DNA of 64,000 nt from Promethearchaeota archaeon (GTDB lineage Archaea; Asgardarchaeota; Lokiarchaeia; Sigyniarchaeales; SOKP01), in NCBI GenBank assembly GCA_016926735.1, contig JAFGOA010000036.1:33821-97820 (forward strand). The letters run 5' to 3'. The translations under genes and the position numbers were made by a program. Positions 50,810-60,278 of the stretch are shown one piece after another; positions within the stretch are counted from its first letter, which is position 1; each line of letters begins with the position of its first letter. Under the pieces are notes generated by a model. The model made no database searches and had not been told where the DNA came from. It was given only the letters and a program-made list of their open reading frames with translations.

Positions 50810-51316
50810 ATGATAGAGCCAGATTTATTTCTTAATTTCATAAAAAATAGGAGAAGTATAAGAGATTTCACAGATAAAAAAATCTCTTCTAAAGAGATTG
50901 AGATGATTCTTGAAGCAGGACGATGGTCACCTTCAGCTTCTAATCGTCAACCTTGGAATTTTATTATTATTAGGAACAAAGAAATCATAGTAGCATTATC
51001 TAAATTAACAAAATATGGACAATTTATAAAACAATCATGCATTGTTATAGCAATTGTGGGAATTGTAAGAGAGAATCCTAATTGGTATGTTCAAGATACT
51101 AGTTTAGCATCGATGAATATGATGCTAATGGCATGGAGTTTAGAAATAGGAACATGTTGGATAGGAGATTTAGATCGCGAAAAAGCAAAGGAATTATTAG
51201 GAATAAAAAAGGAAGATTCTTTGTTGACAATTCTACCATTAGGATATTTTAAATGGGATAATCCCAAAAAAACATACAGAAAAGACTTAAAAGAAATAAT
51301 AAAAGAAATCAAATAA
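50810..51316 (+). CDS. Nitroreductase family protein
   Basis: RRSIRDF, SPSASNRQPW, NMMLMA..L.IGTCW, PLGY. Confidence 0.92.
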   Translation: MIEPDLFLNFIKNRRSIRDFTDKKISSKEIEMILEAGRWSPSASNRQPWNFIIIRNKEIIVALSKLTKYGQFIKQSCIVIAIVGIVRENPNWYVQDTSLASMNMMLMAWSLEIGTCWIGDLDREKAKELLGIKKEDSLLTILPLGYFKWDNPKKTYRKDLKEIIKEIK

Positions 51317-51392
51317 AACTATTTTTTTTTACAATTATTTTTTATATTAGTTCATTCTATTATTTTTAGTATAACTATTTTATTTTATTATT

Positions 51393-52904
51393 ATGGATAA
51401 AATCAAAAAAAAATATCTTGAACTTGACAAACAATTAAAGGCTATAATTGACATAATTCCTGGATTAATATATTGCAAAGATAATAATGATACAATAACT
51501 TTTGTCAATCAAAATTATGCAAATTTTCTAAAAAAAGAAAAAAAAGATATAATTGGAAAAAAAACCTATGATTTATTTCCCGAAAAATATGCTAAAGAGT
51601 TCTCAAATCTTGATAAAGAAATTTTAAAAACGCGTAAAGCGAAATTGGATTATGAGGTAATATTAGATTATCCTGATGATAAAAAATATTTTTTAACCAG
51701 TAAAGTACCTCTTATTAATGAAAATAATAAAATAGATGGAATTTTAGGTTTATCAATTGATATAACTGGAAGGAAGAAAATAGAGGAGAAATTGAAATAT
51801 TCTGAAGAAATGTTCTCAAAAGCATTTTATACAAATCATATGGTAAATTCCATTTCGGAATATAATACAGGACGTTTTGTAGAAATTAGTGATTTAGCGT
51901 GTAAAAATTTGGGAATGAAAAAAGAGGATATTCTTGGTAAAAGTCCCGTTGAATTAGGATTATGGCCTGACAACAGAGATCATGATACAGAAATTCGAAA
52001 AATTTTAGATGATGAAGGTAGTATCATTAATATGCCTATTAACACTAGGACTAAAGATGGACATATCCGTCATGGACTTATGTCTGTGTATAAAATAACC
52101 ATAAATAATAAACCCTACATGCTTAATATGGTTTTAGATATCACTGATCGCGTGAGGATGGAGAATAAATTAAAAAAATCTGAGGAAAGATATAGAATGG
52201 CATTTGAACATGAAAACTTTTATAAAACTCTATTTACTCATGATATGAATAATATTTTACAAACTATGCTTTTATCCTTAGAACTAGCGGAAATAAATTT
52301 AGAAAACTTAGAGAAAAATGGTGAAATAGAAATAAATTTAAATGATATAAAGGATCAGATTATTAGAGGGGCAAATTTAGTTGAAAATGTCATTAAATTC
52401 TCAGAGCTTGATTATTCAAAGGAAGATCTAATAGAAATGGATATTATTGAAGTATTAAAAAAATCTATTAATATTGCAAGAAAAATTTCAAAAAAAAAAA
52501 TAGAAATATCAATCCATAATGATAAGAAAAAGATTATAATTAACGCTGATGAATTTCTTTTAGATGTTTTTGAAAATATTTTAATAAATTCAGTTAAACA
52601 TAACATAAATGAAATAATAAAGATAGAAATTAAAATAATTGAGTTTTCAAAAAATCGAGATAAATTCTTAAAATTAGAATTTAAAGATAATGGTAGAGGA
52701 ATAACCCAAGATAATATTAATTCTTTGTTTAGTAAGATGAATTATTCTAATGATAGATCTGTATGTGGAATGGGATTTGGATTAAGGTTGGTGAAAAGAA
52801 TATTAGATAGATATAATGCATCTATAGAAGTTAGAAATAATAATCAAGACAATCTATCTGAAGGGACAACATTTATATTAACATTTCCTCTATGTATAAA
52901 ATGA
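51393..52904 (+). CDS. PAS-PAS sensor histidine kinase; no response regulator nearby
   Basis: Two PAS/PAC domains ending in DIT, H-box HDMNN, N-box ENILINSVKH, DNGRGI, GMGFGL. Confidence 0.92.
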   Translation: MDKIKKKYLELDKQLKAIIDIIPGLIYCKDNNDTITFVNQNYANFLKKEKKDIIGKKTYDLFPEKYAKEFSNLDKEILKTRKAKLDYEVILDYPDDKKYFLTSKVPLINENNKIDGILGLSIDITGRKKIEEKLKYSEEMFSKAFYTNHMVNSISEYNTGRFVEISDLACKNLGMKKEDILGKSPVELGLWPDNRDHDTEIRKILDDEGSIINMPINTRTKDGHIRHGLMSVYKITINNKPYMLNMVLDITDRVRMENKLKKSEERYRMAFEHENFYKTLFTHDMNNILQTMLLSLELAEINLENLEKNGEIEINLNDIKDQIIRGANLVENVIKFSELDYSKEDLIEMDIIEVLKKSINIARKISKKKIEISIHNDKKKIIINADEFLLDVFENILINSVKHNINEIIKIEIKIIEFSKNRDKFLKLEFKDNGRGITQDNINSLFSKMNYSNDRSVCGMGFGLRLVKRILDRYNASIEVRNNNQDNLSEGTTFILTFPLCIK

Positions 52905-52997
52905 TAATATATCTGAATTAAATCAAAATTATCTGATCGAATTAAAAAAAGTAATTATTTTTGATTAAAACCTTTTACTTTATAATTTGAAAAGTAG

Positions 52998-53020
52998 TAT
53001 TGGTACATAAAGTACCAATA
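52998..53020. repeat. Perfect inverted repeat (candidate operator or hairpin)
   Basis: TATTGGTAC-ATAAA-GTACCAATA, immediately followed by the palindrome GCAATTGC. Confidence 0.55.
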
Positions 53021-53768
53021 GCAATTGCATTATTAATAAATTTCATAAGTAAGAGAGAAGAACATATGAAACCTATCAATATGAAAATAATGTTTTATAT
53101 ATTTAAATAAATGTAATTAGATCAAATTAATTTAATAAAAAAAAGAACGGATTTTAATAATCTCTATAGAGCAATCTTTAATTAATTTTTACTGATTATT
53201 TAAAGAAAGAGATCTCTAATAATATTTTAATTTTTAGAAAGGATTTTTATGATATTATAAATTTATATCTTATTAAATTTATCGAATATATCAATAACTC
53301 TGATCTTAACAAAATATTTATAATCTTTAAATCTCTTAAGGTGGATACTTATTTTTTAACAAAAAATTTCTATACTTTTTAGCAATAAAAATCTATAATT
53401 TATGACATTCATGTATAAATACAATATTAGTGATTAGCTCCTAAAAAAGCTAATAATTTAAAATTTTTGTAAATAATTCTAACAGAAATTCTATTTTTAT
53501 ATTTTTTTTATATATAAGTAAACTCTTTATAATAATTATTTAGGGAGATAATATAACCTTATAATATATATAACTTTAATTAATGATAACAATAATGAAT
53601 CTCTCTATTCTTTTCATAGAATACTAATATTCCTAAGATTTAGATTCCCATTTCTGAACCCAACAATAAAAGATAGGTTTAAATATATTATTACATATAA
53701 ATGCTATTTGAAAATATATAAATTAATCAAAGATATTAAAAGAATTAAAATTTGGAGGAATTAAAAAA

Positions 53769-53891
53769 ATGGTTCATACTTTGCATGATGGTCCAAAGAA
53801 GAAAAAGAAAGAAAAGGATTGGGATGATGATGATGACTATAATGAGGAAGTTGAGTATGATGATGGTTATTACAAAGAATTTGACTATTAA
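53769..53891 (+). CDS. Unannotated 40-aa peptide with a Lys block and Asp/Glu/Tyr-rich tail: MVHTLHDGPKKKKKEKDWDDDDDYNEEVEYDDGYYKEFDY
   Basis: GGAGG SD at 53754-53758, TTTAAATA at 53678-53685, coding-like purine and GC content inside a very AT-rich spacer. Confidence 0.7.
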   Translation: MVHTLHDGPKKKKKEKDWDDDDDYNEEVEYDDGYYKEFDY

Positions 53892-54264
53892 ATCATCATA
53901 ATTATTATTCTAAGAAGAATTTAGATTCATGCAAATTATAAATTTAAGTTTTTTTTTATAATATTAATTCTGCAATTATAATTATTTACCTTTTAAAGAA
54001 TGCTCTAATTTATCAAAAATAATAATTGAAGGTTAGAATCTTTCTTAATTCAATATTTGGATTATTTCCTTTAAAAATAAATTATTAAAATATAAAATCA
54101 CATCTTTAATTGAAAAGAAAATAATATATGAATAGATATTTATTTCCTTATTACGCAAAAATTCAAAATAAGATTAAGAAAAGAGAAGAGTTTATAAATA
54201 TTTTCTGACTTTATAAATCTCAAAATAAAAAGAATATTTATTTACTATTTTAAAGTAAAACTTA

Positions 54265-56211
54265 ATGAGGGAAAATAGTTCAGAACTAGAATCTGATGTC
54301 TCAACTAATAATTTAAATTTAAAAAATAAAAAAACTCTTGGTCCGATAAAGAATTTAGAGTCTTATTTAAATTTAAATTGGTGGTGTGAAATATTCAACT
54401 CTAATTATTTAAAAACTGATGGAGATATTGTGAATGATAATCAAATCACCACCCAAGAAGTATCCAACATTATCGAAATTTTAGGAATTGATGAAGATGA
54501 TAAAATTTTAGATTTATGTTGTGGTCATGGCCGCCATTCCTTAGAATTTGCTCGAAGAGGATTCAAAAATATTTATGGATTTGATAAATCTTCTTATCTA
54601 ATAAGAAAAGCTCGTCAATCAGCATTAAAAGAGAATCTAAATTCCCAATTCAGAGAAGGAGATGCTCGAAAGATCAGTTATTCAACTGATACATTCGATA
54701 TTGTCTTATTATTAGGCAATAGTTTTGGGTATTTTGAGTCTATTCAAGATGATTTTAAAGTCTTAGAAGAAATTATACGGATTTTAAAACCATGGGGAAA
54801 AATCTTTTTAGATTTAGCAGATGGTGAATTTTTAAAAAATAATTATCAACCTCGGTCTTGGGAATGGATTGATAAAAATCTATTTGTTTGTCGAGAACGT
54901 TCATTATCCTTGGATAAAGAACGATTAATAACAAGAGAAGTGATAACCAATGTGAATAAGGGCGTTATTGCTGATCAAATCTATGCTGAAAGACTCTACA
55001 CATTAAAAAAAATAGAATCTATTTTGAAAAAGATAGGTTTTTCAAATATTATATGTCATGGGGATTTAATATCATCTACTCATCGTAATCAAGATTTAGG
55101 AATGATGGAAAGAAGACTTCTTATATCGGCACAAATTAAAAAAGAATGGACTCCAAAAAAACCTAAAAAAGTATTGAAAAATATTGCAGTACTTATGGGT
55201 GATCCTAAAAAAATCGATAATGTGAAACCAAATAACAGTTTTGATGAAGATGATATATACACAATAGACCAATTAAAATCTGCTTTAAAAGATCTTGATA
55301 GTTTTAATTTTATGTTTTATAATAACCATGATATCCTTATTTGGGAACTTATTAAAAATAAAAAAAAGATTGATTATATATTTAATTTGTGTGATGAAGG
55401 ATTTAACAATGATGCTCGAAAAGAACTTCATATTGCTGCTTTATTAGAAATGTTGGATATTCCTTACACGGGAAGTGGTCCTCAATGTTTAGCTTTCTGT
55501 TATGATAAATCTTTAGTTAGAGGTATAGCTAAAGAAATGGACATACCCGTAGCTGATGGCATCTATATTAAAGAAGAAGACTTGGCTTATACATTTCTCC
55601 CTTTTAATTTTCCTGTTTTAGTAAAACCTAACTTAGGAGATTCTAGTTACGGTATCACTCAGAGAAACGTAGTTAATAATAAAGAAGAATTAATCAATGT
55701 AATATCAGAATTAAGGGTACAATTTGGATATTCAAATCCATTATTAATTGAAGAATATTTAACAGGAGCAGATATTTCTGTTGGAATCATAGGAAATCCT
55801 CCTGAATTATACAAAGTATTACCAATAATTGAAGAAGATTATTCTTCTTTACCAGATGATTTACCTCGTATATGTGGTTATGAAGCAAAATGGATGCCTA
55901 ATTCTCCTTATTGGAAAATAACCTCAAAATTAGCTCAAATTTCAGAAGAATCTAAGAATTTAATTATAGATTGTTGTTTAAAATTATTTAAGAGATTAGA
56001 ATGTAGAGATTATTGTAGATTTGATTGGAGATTTGATAAAGAGGGTAATCCTAAATTACTTGAAGTAAATCCAAATCCAGGTTGGTGTTGGGATGGACAT
56101 TTAGCAAAAATGGCAAAATTTGATAATCTTTCTTATTCGAAAATGATTGAAGAAATCCTTTTAGCTACAGAAAATAGAATTGGATTTATGCAAAATAATC
56201 AAAGAGATTAG
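54265..56211 (+). CDS. Class I SAM methyltransferase fused to a Ddl-like ATP-grasp ligase
   Basis: LDLCCGHGRH, GDAR, NSFGYF; then FNLCDEG, PYTGS, DK, VKP..GDSS.GI, EEYL.G, RFDWR, LEVNPNPG. Confidence 0.88.
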   Translation: MRENSSELESDVSTNNLNLKNKKTLGPIKNLESYLNLNWWCEIFNSNYLKTDGDIVNDNQITTQEVSNIIEILGIDEDDKILDLCCGHGRHSLEFARRGFKNIYGFDKSSYLIRKARQSALKENLNSQFREGDARKISYSTDTFDIVLLLGNSFGYFESIQDDFKVLEEIIRILKPWGKIFLDLADGEFLKNNYQPRSWEWIDKNLFVCRERSLSLDKERLITREVITNVNKGVIADQIYAERLYTLKKIESILKKIGFSNIICHGDLISSTHRNQDLGMMERRLLISAQIKKEWTPKKPKKVLKNIAVLMGDPKKIDNVKPNNSFDEDDIYTIDQLKSALKDLDSFNFMFYNNHDILIWELIKNKKKIDYIFNLCDEGFNNDARKELHIAALLEMLDIPYTGSGPQCLAFCYDKSLVRGIAKEMDIPVADGIYIKEEDLAYTFLPFNFPVLVKPNLGDSSYGITQRNVVNNKEELINVISELRVQFGYSNPLLIEEYLTGADISVGIIGNPPELYKVLPIIEEDYSSLPDDLPRICGYEAKWMPNSPYWKITSKLAQISEESKNLIIDCCLKLFKRLECRDYCRFDWRFDKEGNPKLLEVNPNPGWCWDGHLAKMAKFDNLSYSKMIEEILLATENRIGFMQNNQRD

Positions 56212-56253
56212 ATTCAATAGAGAATTAACAAAATTAAATAAAAAAAGATAATT

Positions 56254-57471
56254 ATGGAGTCTCAATCTAGTGATAATAATCAACGAAAAGAATTAAAAGA
56301 CAATGAATCAGAGAAATCATATATAGATTACTTAGAAAAAAAGATTAGTATACTTGAAAATAAACGTCAAAGAAAAAATATTAAAATTCAAAAAAAAAAG
56401 CAAGAAATTAAGAATCTAATAAATGAGATAACCCATCTAAAAGAACTACCCCTTCAAACGGGAACAATGTTAGAAATTCTGGAAAGTGAGAATGCATATA
56501 AAGCAATCATAGCAGATTCATTAGGGCATGAATTCGTGGTTAATGTTAGTTCAAATATCTTGAGAGAAAATCTAATGCCTGGAAAAATGGTAGCTTTAAA
56601 TCAACGTAACATGACTATAATTGAAATTCTACCCGATAATATTGATCCATTTATACAAGCTATGGAATTGGTAGATAATATTCCTGATATTTCATATGAA
56701 AATATTGGAGGATTAAATAATCAAATACAAGAGGTAAGAGAAACTGTAGAATTACCTTTAATTAATCCGTTATTATTTAAAAAAGTAGGTATTGATCCTC
56801 CAAAAGGAGTTCTTTTTTATGGCTCTCCTGGGACAGGGAAGACATTATTAGCTAAAGCAGTAGCTCATGAAACAAAAGCAACCTTTGTTCGAATAGTCGG
56901 ATCTGAATTAGTTAATAAATTTATTGGAGAAGGTGCGCGAATGGTAAGGGATATATTTCTTCTGGCAAAAAAAAAAGCACCAACTATATTATTTATTGAT
57001 GAATTAGATGCGTTAGCGGGAGAAAGATTGGAAAGTGATTATGGTGGAGATCGAGAGGTAAATAGAACTTTAATTCAGTTAATGGCAGAACTTGACGGAT
57101 TTAATAATCGAGAAAATGTTAGAATTATTGCTGCTACTAATAGAATAGATATAATCGATCAAGCTTTATTAAGACCTGGTAGATTCGATAGACTAGTATT
57201 TTTTCCAATTCCTAATAAAGATACAAGAGAGAAGATATTTCAAATATATCTTAATCGATTGAATATAGAAGAGAATTTTGATTTAAAAAAAATAATTAAC
57301 TTGACCGAAGATATGACTGGTGCTGATATAAAGGCTATATGTATTGAAGCTGGCATGTTTGCAATCAGGGATAATAATGATATTATTAAGGATGAATATA
57401 TTTTCAAAGCAATTAATAAAATTAAGGATATAAGGAAAATAAATAAAGAAGAGAAAAAAATATATTCCTAA
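56254..57471 (+). CDS. pan: Proteasome-activating nucleotidase (PAN), possibly a paralog
   Basis: N-terminal coiled coil plus OB fold, IGGL, ELPL, GSPGTGKT, KFIGEG, FIDELD, ATNR, RPGRFDR; C-terminal HbYX motif (IYS). Confidence 0.92.
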   Translation: MESQSSDNNQRKELKDNESEKSYIDYLEKKISILENKRQRKNIKIQKKKQEIKNLINEITHLKELPLQTGTMLEILESENAYKAIIADSLGHEFVVNVSSNILRENLMPGKMVALNQRNMTIIEILPDNIDPFIQAMELVDNIPDISYENIGGLNNQIQEVRETVELPLINPLLFKKVGIDPPKGVLFYGSPGTGKTLLAKAVAHETKATFVRIVGSELVNKFIGEGARMVRDIFLLAKKKAPTILFIDELDALAGERLESDYGGDREVNRTLIQLMAELDGFNNRENVRIIAATNRIDIIDQALLRPGRFDRLVFFPIPNKDTREKIFQIYLNRLNIEENFDLKKIINLTEDMTGADIKAICIEAGMFAIRDNNDIIKDEYIFKAINKIKDIRKINKEEKKIYS

Positions 57472-57498
57472 ATTCTGATCAAAATATATTGAATATTG

Positions 57499-58047
57499 TT
57501 ATAAAATAAATACAGCTGCAGATAAAACTGTTGCCCACTCATTTTCTTCTCGTACTGTTGCACTAGAAGTAATATTTTTAGTTTCAATAATTTTTCCATT
57601 CATTCTAAAGATTTCTTGTTTTTCATCATAATCCGCTTCTGGATTAAAAGGAACACCAAGTGTAGTAGCTAACATCTCTGCTGCTAGATCCTCTGCAATA
57701 TCTCCTGCTTTCTCAGGTTTTACACCAAAAGTATGATGTTCACTTAAGTATCCATATTGTCCCTTATCAGCAGGTTTTGCTACACCGATAGAAGAACATA
57801 TTAATCGATTAAATTCATTTGAACTTGCTCGTGCAATTACGGCAAACACAATTTGACCTGATCTTAATTGTTTTAATCCATCTTCCTGAGATATTTCAAT
57901 ACAATAAGGAGGGAATATAGAAGATACTGATACTAAATTAAATCTTTCAATACCTGCGTCTCTCAATGCTTGTTCGAAAGATGCAAGTTTAGATCTATGA
58001 AATCCTTTACCTTTCACGAAAAAAATCTTTTTAGGAACAAGAGACAT
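57499..58047 (-). CDS. pdaD: Pyruvoyl-dependent arginine decarboxylase
   Basis: SFEQALRDAGI..FNLVSVSSIFPP with the Ser-Ser self-cleavage site; GYLSEH. Confidence 0.92.
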   Translation of the reverse strand: MSLVPKKIFFVKGKGFHRSKLASFEQALRDAGIERFNLVSVSSIFPPYCIEISQEDGLKQLRSGQIVFAVIARASSNEFNRLICSSIGVAKPADKGQYGYLSEHHTFGVKPEKAGDIAEDLAAEMLATTLGVPFNPEADYDEKQEIFRMNGKIIETKNITSSATVREENEWATVLSAAVFIL

Positions 58048-58370
58048 GATTAATCTTAACCTTCATCCTTATACGGTTATAATTTATTATATATATTCAA
58101 TATATATAAACTTAACTCATTATGGTTAGGGATTATAAATTATTTCAGCTAAAATACAATCTAATTATTATATTAGCATTAAGATTATATATTTTTTATT
58201 TAACCTATAATTTAAGCTATTATAATTATCATTATCAGATATTTCTTACTTCTCTTAATTCTTCTCTTGATAATTATTTACCTAATCTACTATATTCAGA
58301 AATATTTATATTAGAAGGATTTTTTTTACTTTATACAATAAAATATAAAATATATTTTTTGAAATAAAAA

Positions 58371-59360
58371 ATGTTAAATCACAACAGTAAAAATTATTTA
58401 GATAAAAAAATTGTACCTTTTAATATTAAAAGCGTTAAAAATGTAGAAGATTTATTAGTTAATCTACAAAATTGTGGTTTTCAAGGAAAAAACCTTGGAA
58501 TAGGATTAGAAATACTATACAAAATGGTTTCTAATAAAGATATTTTAACAGTATTAACACTAAGTGGTGCAATGGTACCAGCGGGTATGGGGGATATAAT
58601 ATGTTCACTTATGGAAAATAAATTAATTGATGTATTGATCACAACAGGAGCAAATATAATTCATGATTTAGTAGACGTATTTTCTAATATAGGACATTTT
58701 ATTGGTAGTTCTAATATTGATGATAATGAATTATTTAATAAACGAATAAATAGAATTTATGATGTATTTCTCCCTGAAGATAAATATACAATAGCTGAAA
58801 ATGAGATCTTAAAAAGAATTCATACTCTTTACCCAAATAAAAATATTAAAACAACCCCTTCAGAACTCTTTAAACTGCTTGGAGATAAAATAGAAAATAG
58901 ATGTATTGTATCTATTGCTGCAAAAAACAATATTCCTATTTTTGTACCGGCATTTTCAGATTCTGAATTTGCGTTAAATCTTATTAAATATTCTGTTAGA
59001 GAGGGTTATGATTTTCAATTTGATATTTTAGAAGATGTAAAAAAATATGCGGAAATTATTAAAAAGTCGAAAAAAAATGGTACTATAATTATTGGAGGGG
59101 GCGTTCCAAGAAATTGGGCTCAACAAGTATTTCCTTTGTTAGATCAAATTGGTGAGATTAAGACAATGGGATTTAATTATTCTGTTAGAATACATACTGC
59201 TACAGAATATGATGGGGGCCTTTCAGGATGCACTGTATCTGAATCAAAAAGTTGGGGAAAATATGCTTTAGATTCTCGCTTTATAAGTATTTGGTGTGAT
59301 GCAACAATTGCTTTACCAATTTTAATAACTGGATTATTTCAAAGATTAGAATTATTATAG
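58371..59360 (+). CDS. dys: Deoxyhypusine synthase or DHS-like (homospermidine synthase-like) protein
   Basis: GFQG, LSGAMV.AG, TTGAN..HD, NRIYD, GGGVP, DGGLSG...E..SWGK with catalytic Lys, DAT. Confidence 0.85.
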   Translation: MLNHNSKNYLDKKIVPFNIKSVKNVEDLLVNLQNCGFQGKNLGIGLEILYKMVSNKDILTVLTLSGAMVPAGMGDIICSLMENKLIDVLITTGANIIHDLVDVFSNIGHFIGSSNIDDNELFNKRINRIYDVFLPEDKYTIAENEILKRIHTLYPNKNIKTTPSELFKLLGDKIENRCIVSIAAKNNIPIFVPAFSDSEFALNLIKYSVREGYDFQFDILEDVKKYAEIIKKSKKNGTIIIGGGVPRNWAQQVFPLLDQIGEIKTMGFNYSVRIHTATEYDGGLSGCTVSESKSWGKYALDSRFISIWCDATIALPILITGLFQRLELL

Positions 59361-60161
59361 TTTGTTAATTTCTTTTTTGCTTTTTAGATTTTTTATATCC
59401 CTATCCGTCCATTTTCTTAATATCTTATTCCAATCAATATATATTATCAAAAAGATAATCAATATAATAGAAATCCAAGTAAATGAACTTATTAAAAGAT
59501 CAATTGGAGTACTTTTAGTGACTATTCCTGTTTTAGCAGCTTCAAGGTCTATACCAATCAGATTAAAGAGAAATTCGCCTAAAGGAGTGTTTGCCAACCA
59601 GATAGGAAGAGTACTACAAAGGAAACATAAAATAAATTTCCCAATAAAACAAAATATAAGTGTTTTTATCAAAGAATAATTCATAATACCTAAAACGATT
59701 AAAAAAGCATCATCAGGAAGAGGTGTCGCTGCGAAGAAGATAATTAAAAGTGGTGCCCAACCTCTTTCAATATATTTTTTCATTCTTTCAAACTTTTCAT
59801 TATTTTTTATCAATTTTTTTGAACGATTACCAATTATCCATGAAAGGGTTTCACCAATACATGCACCTATACCAGCAACAAAGCCTAATAAGATTGGGTT
59901 TACGGGTAATATAGCTGAGATAACAACTAATGCTATTAAATAAGGAACTGGAAATACTATTGTAACATTTCCAAAAATACTAATAAAAAATAATCCTAGA
60001 TATATTCCCCATTCTCCATATATATCATAAAAATATATAACTGTATCCGCTAGCCATTGTCCAATATTTATTCCAATTAGAGCAATAATTATAAAAAACA
60101 AAATAATCGAAGTAATAATTATTATTGCACTATATTTTTCTAAGAAATACTTAATTTTCAT
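59355..60161 (-). CDS. DedA/VTT (SNARE-associated domain) membrane protein
   Basis: FPVPY, GA.IGE..SW.IG and AATPLPDD motifs. Confidence 0.85.
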   Translation of the reverse strand: MKIKYFLEKYSAIIIITSIILFFIIIALIGINIGQWLADTVIYFYDIYGEWGIYLGLFFISIFGNVTIVFPVPYLIALVVISAILPVNPILLGFVAGIGACIGETLSWIIGNRSKKLIKNNEKFERMKKYIERGWAPLLIIFFAATPLPDDAFLIVLGIMNYSLIKTLIFCFIGKFILCFLCSTLPIWLANTPLGEFLFNLIGIDLEAAKTGIVTKSTPIDLLISSFTWISIILIIFLIIYIDWNKILRKWTDRDIKNLKSKKEINKL

Positions 60162-60278
60162 ATCTAATCCTTATTTAGAATAATATTATAGAAAGTTTTT
60201 AAAATTGAAAAGAAATTTACTTTACTAAATAATATGAATAGGTGGGAAAAAAAGAACATTATTCTAATTAAAAAAATG

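Noticed and set aside
55170-56211. D-Ala-D-Ala ligase for peptidoglycan
   Set aside because: Archaeal context, no mur genes, and fusion to a methyltransferase; only the fold assignment is supported
58122-58367. 81-aa ORF between pdaD and the DHS-like gene
   Set aside because: Low-complexity Leu/Tyr/Ile translation of an AT-rich divergent promoter region; likely spurious
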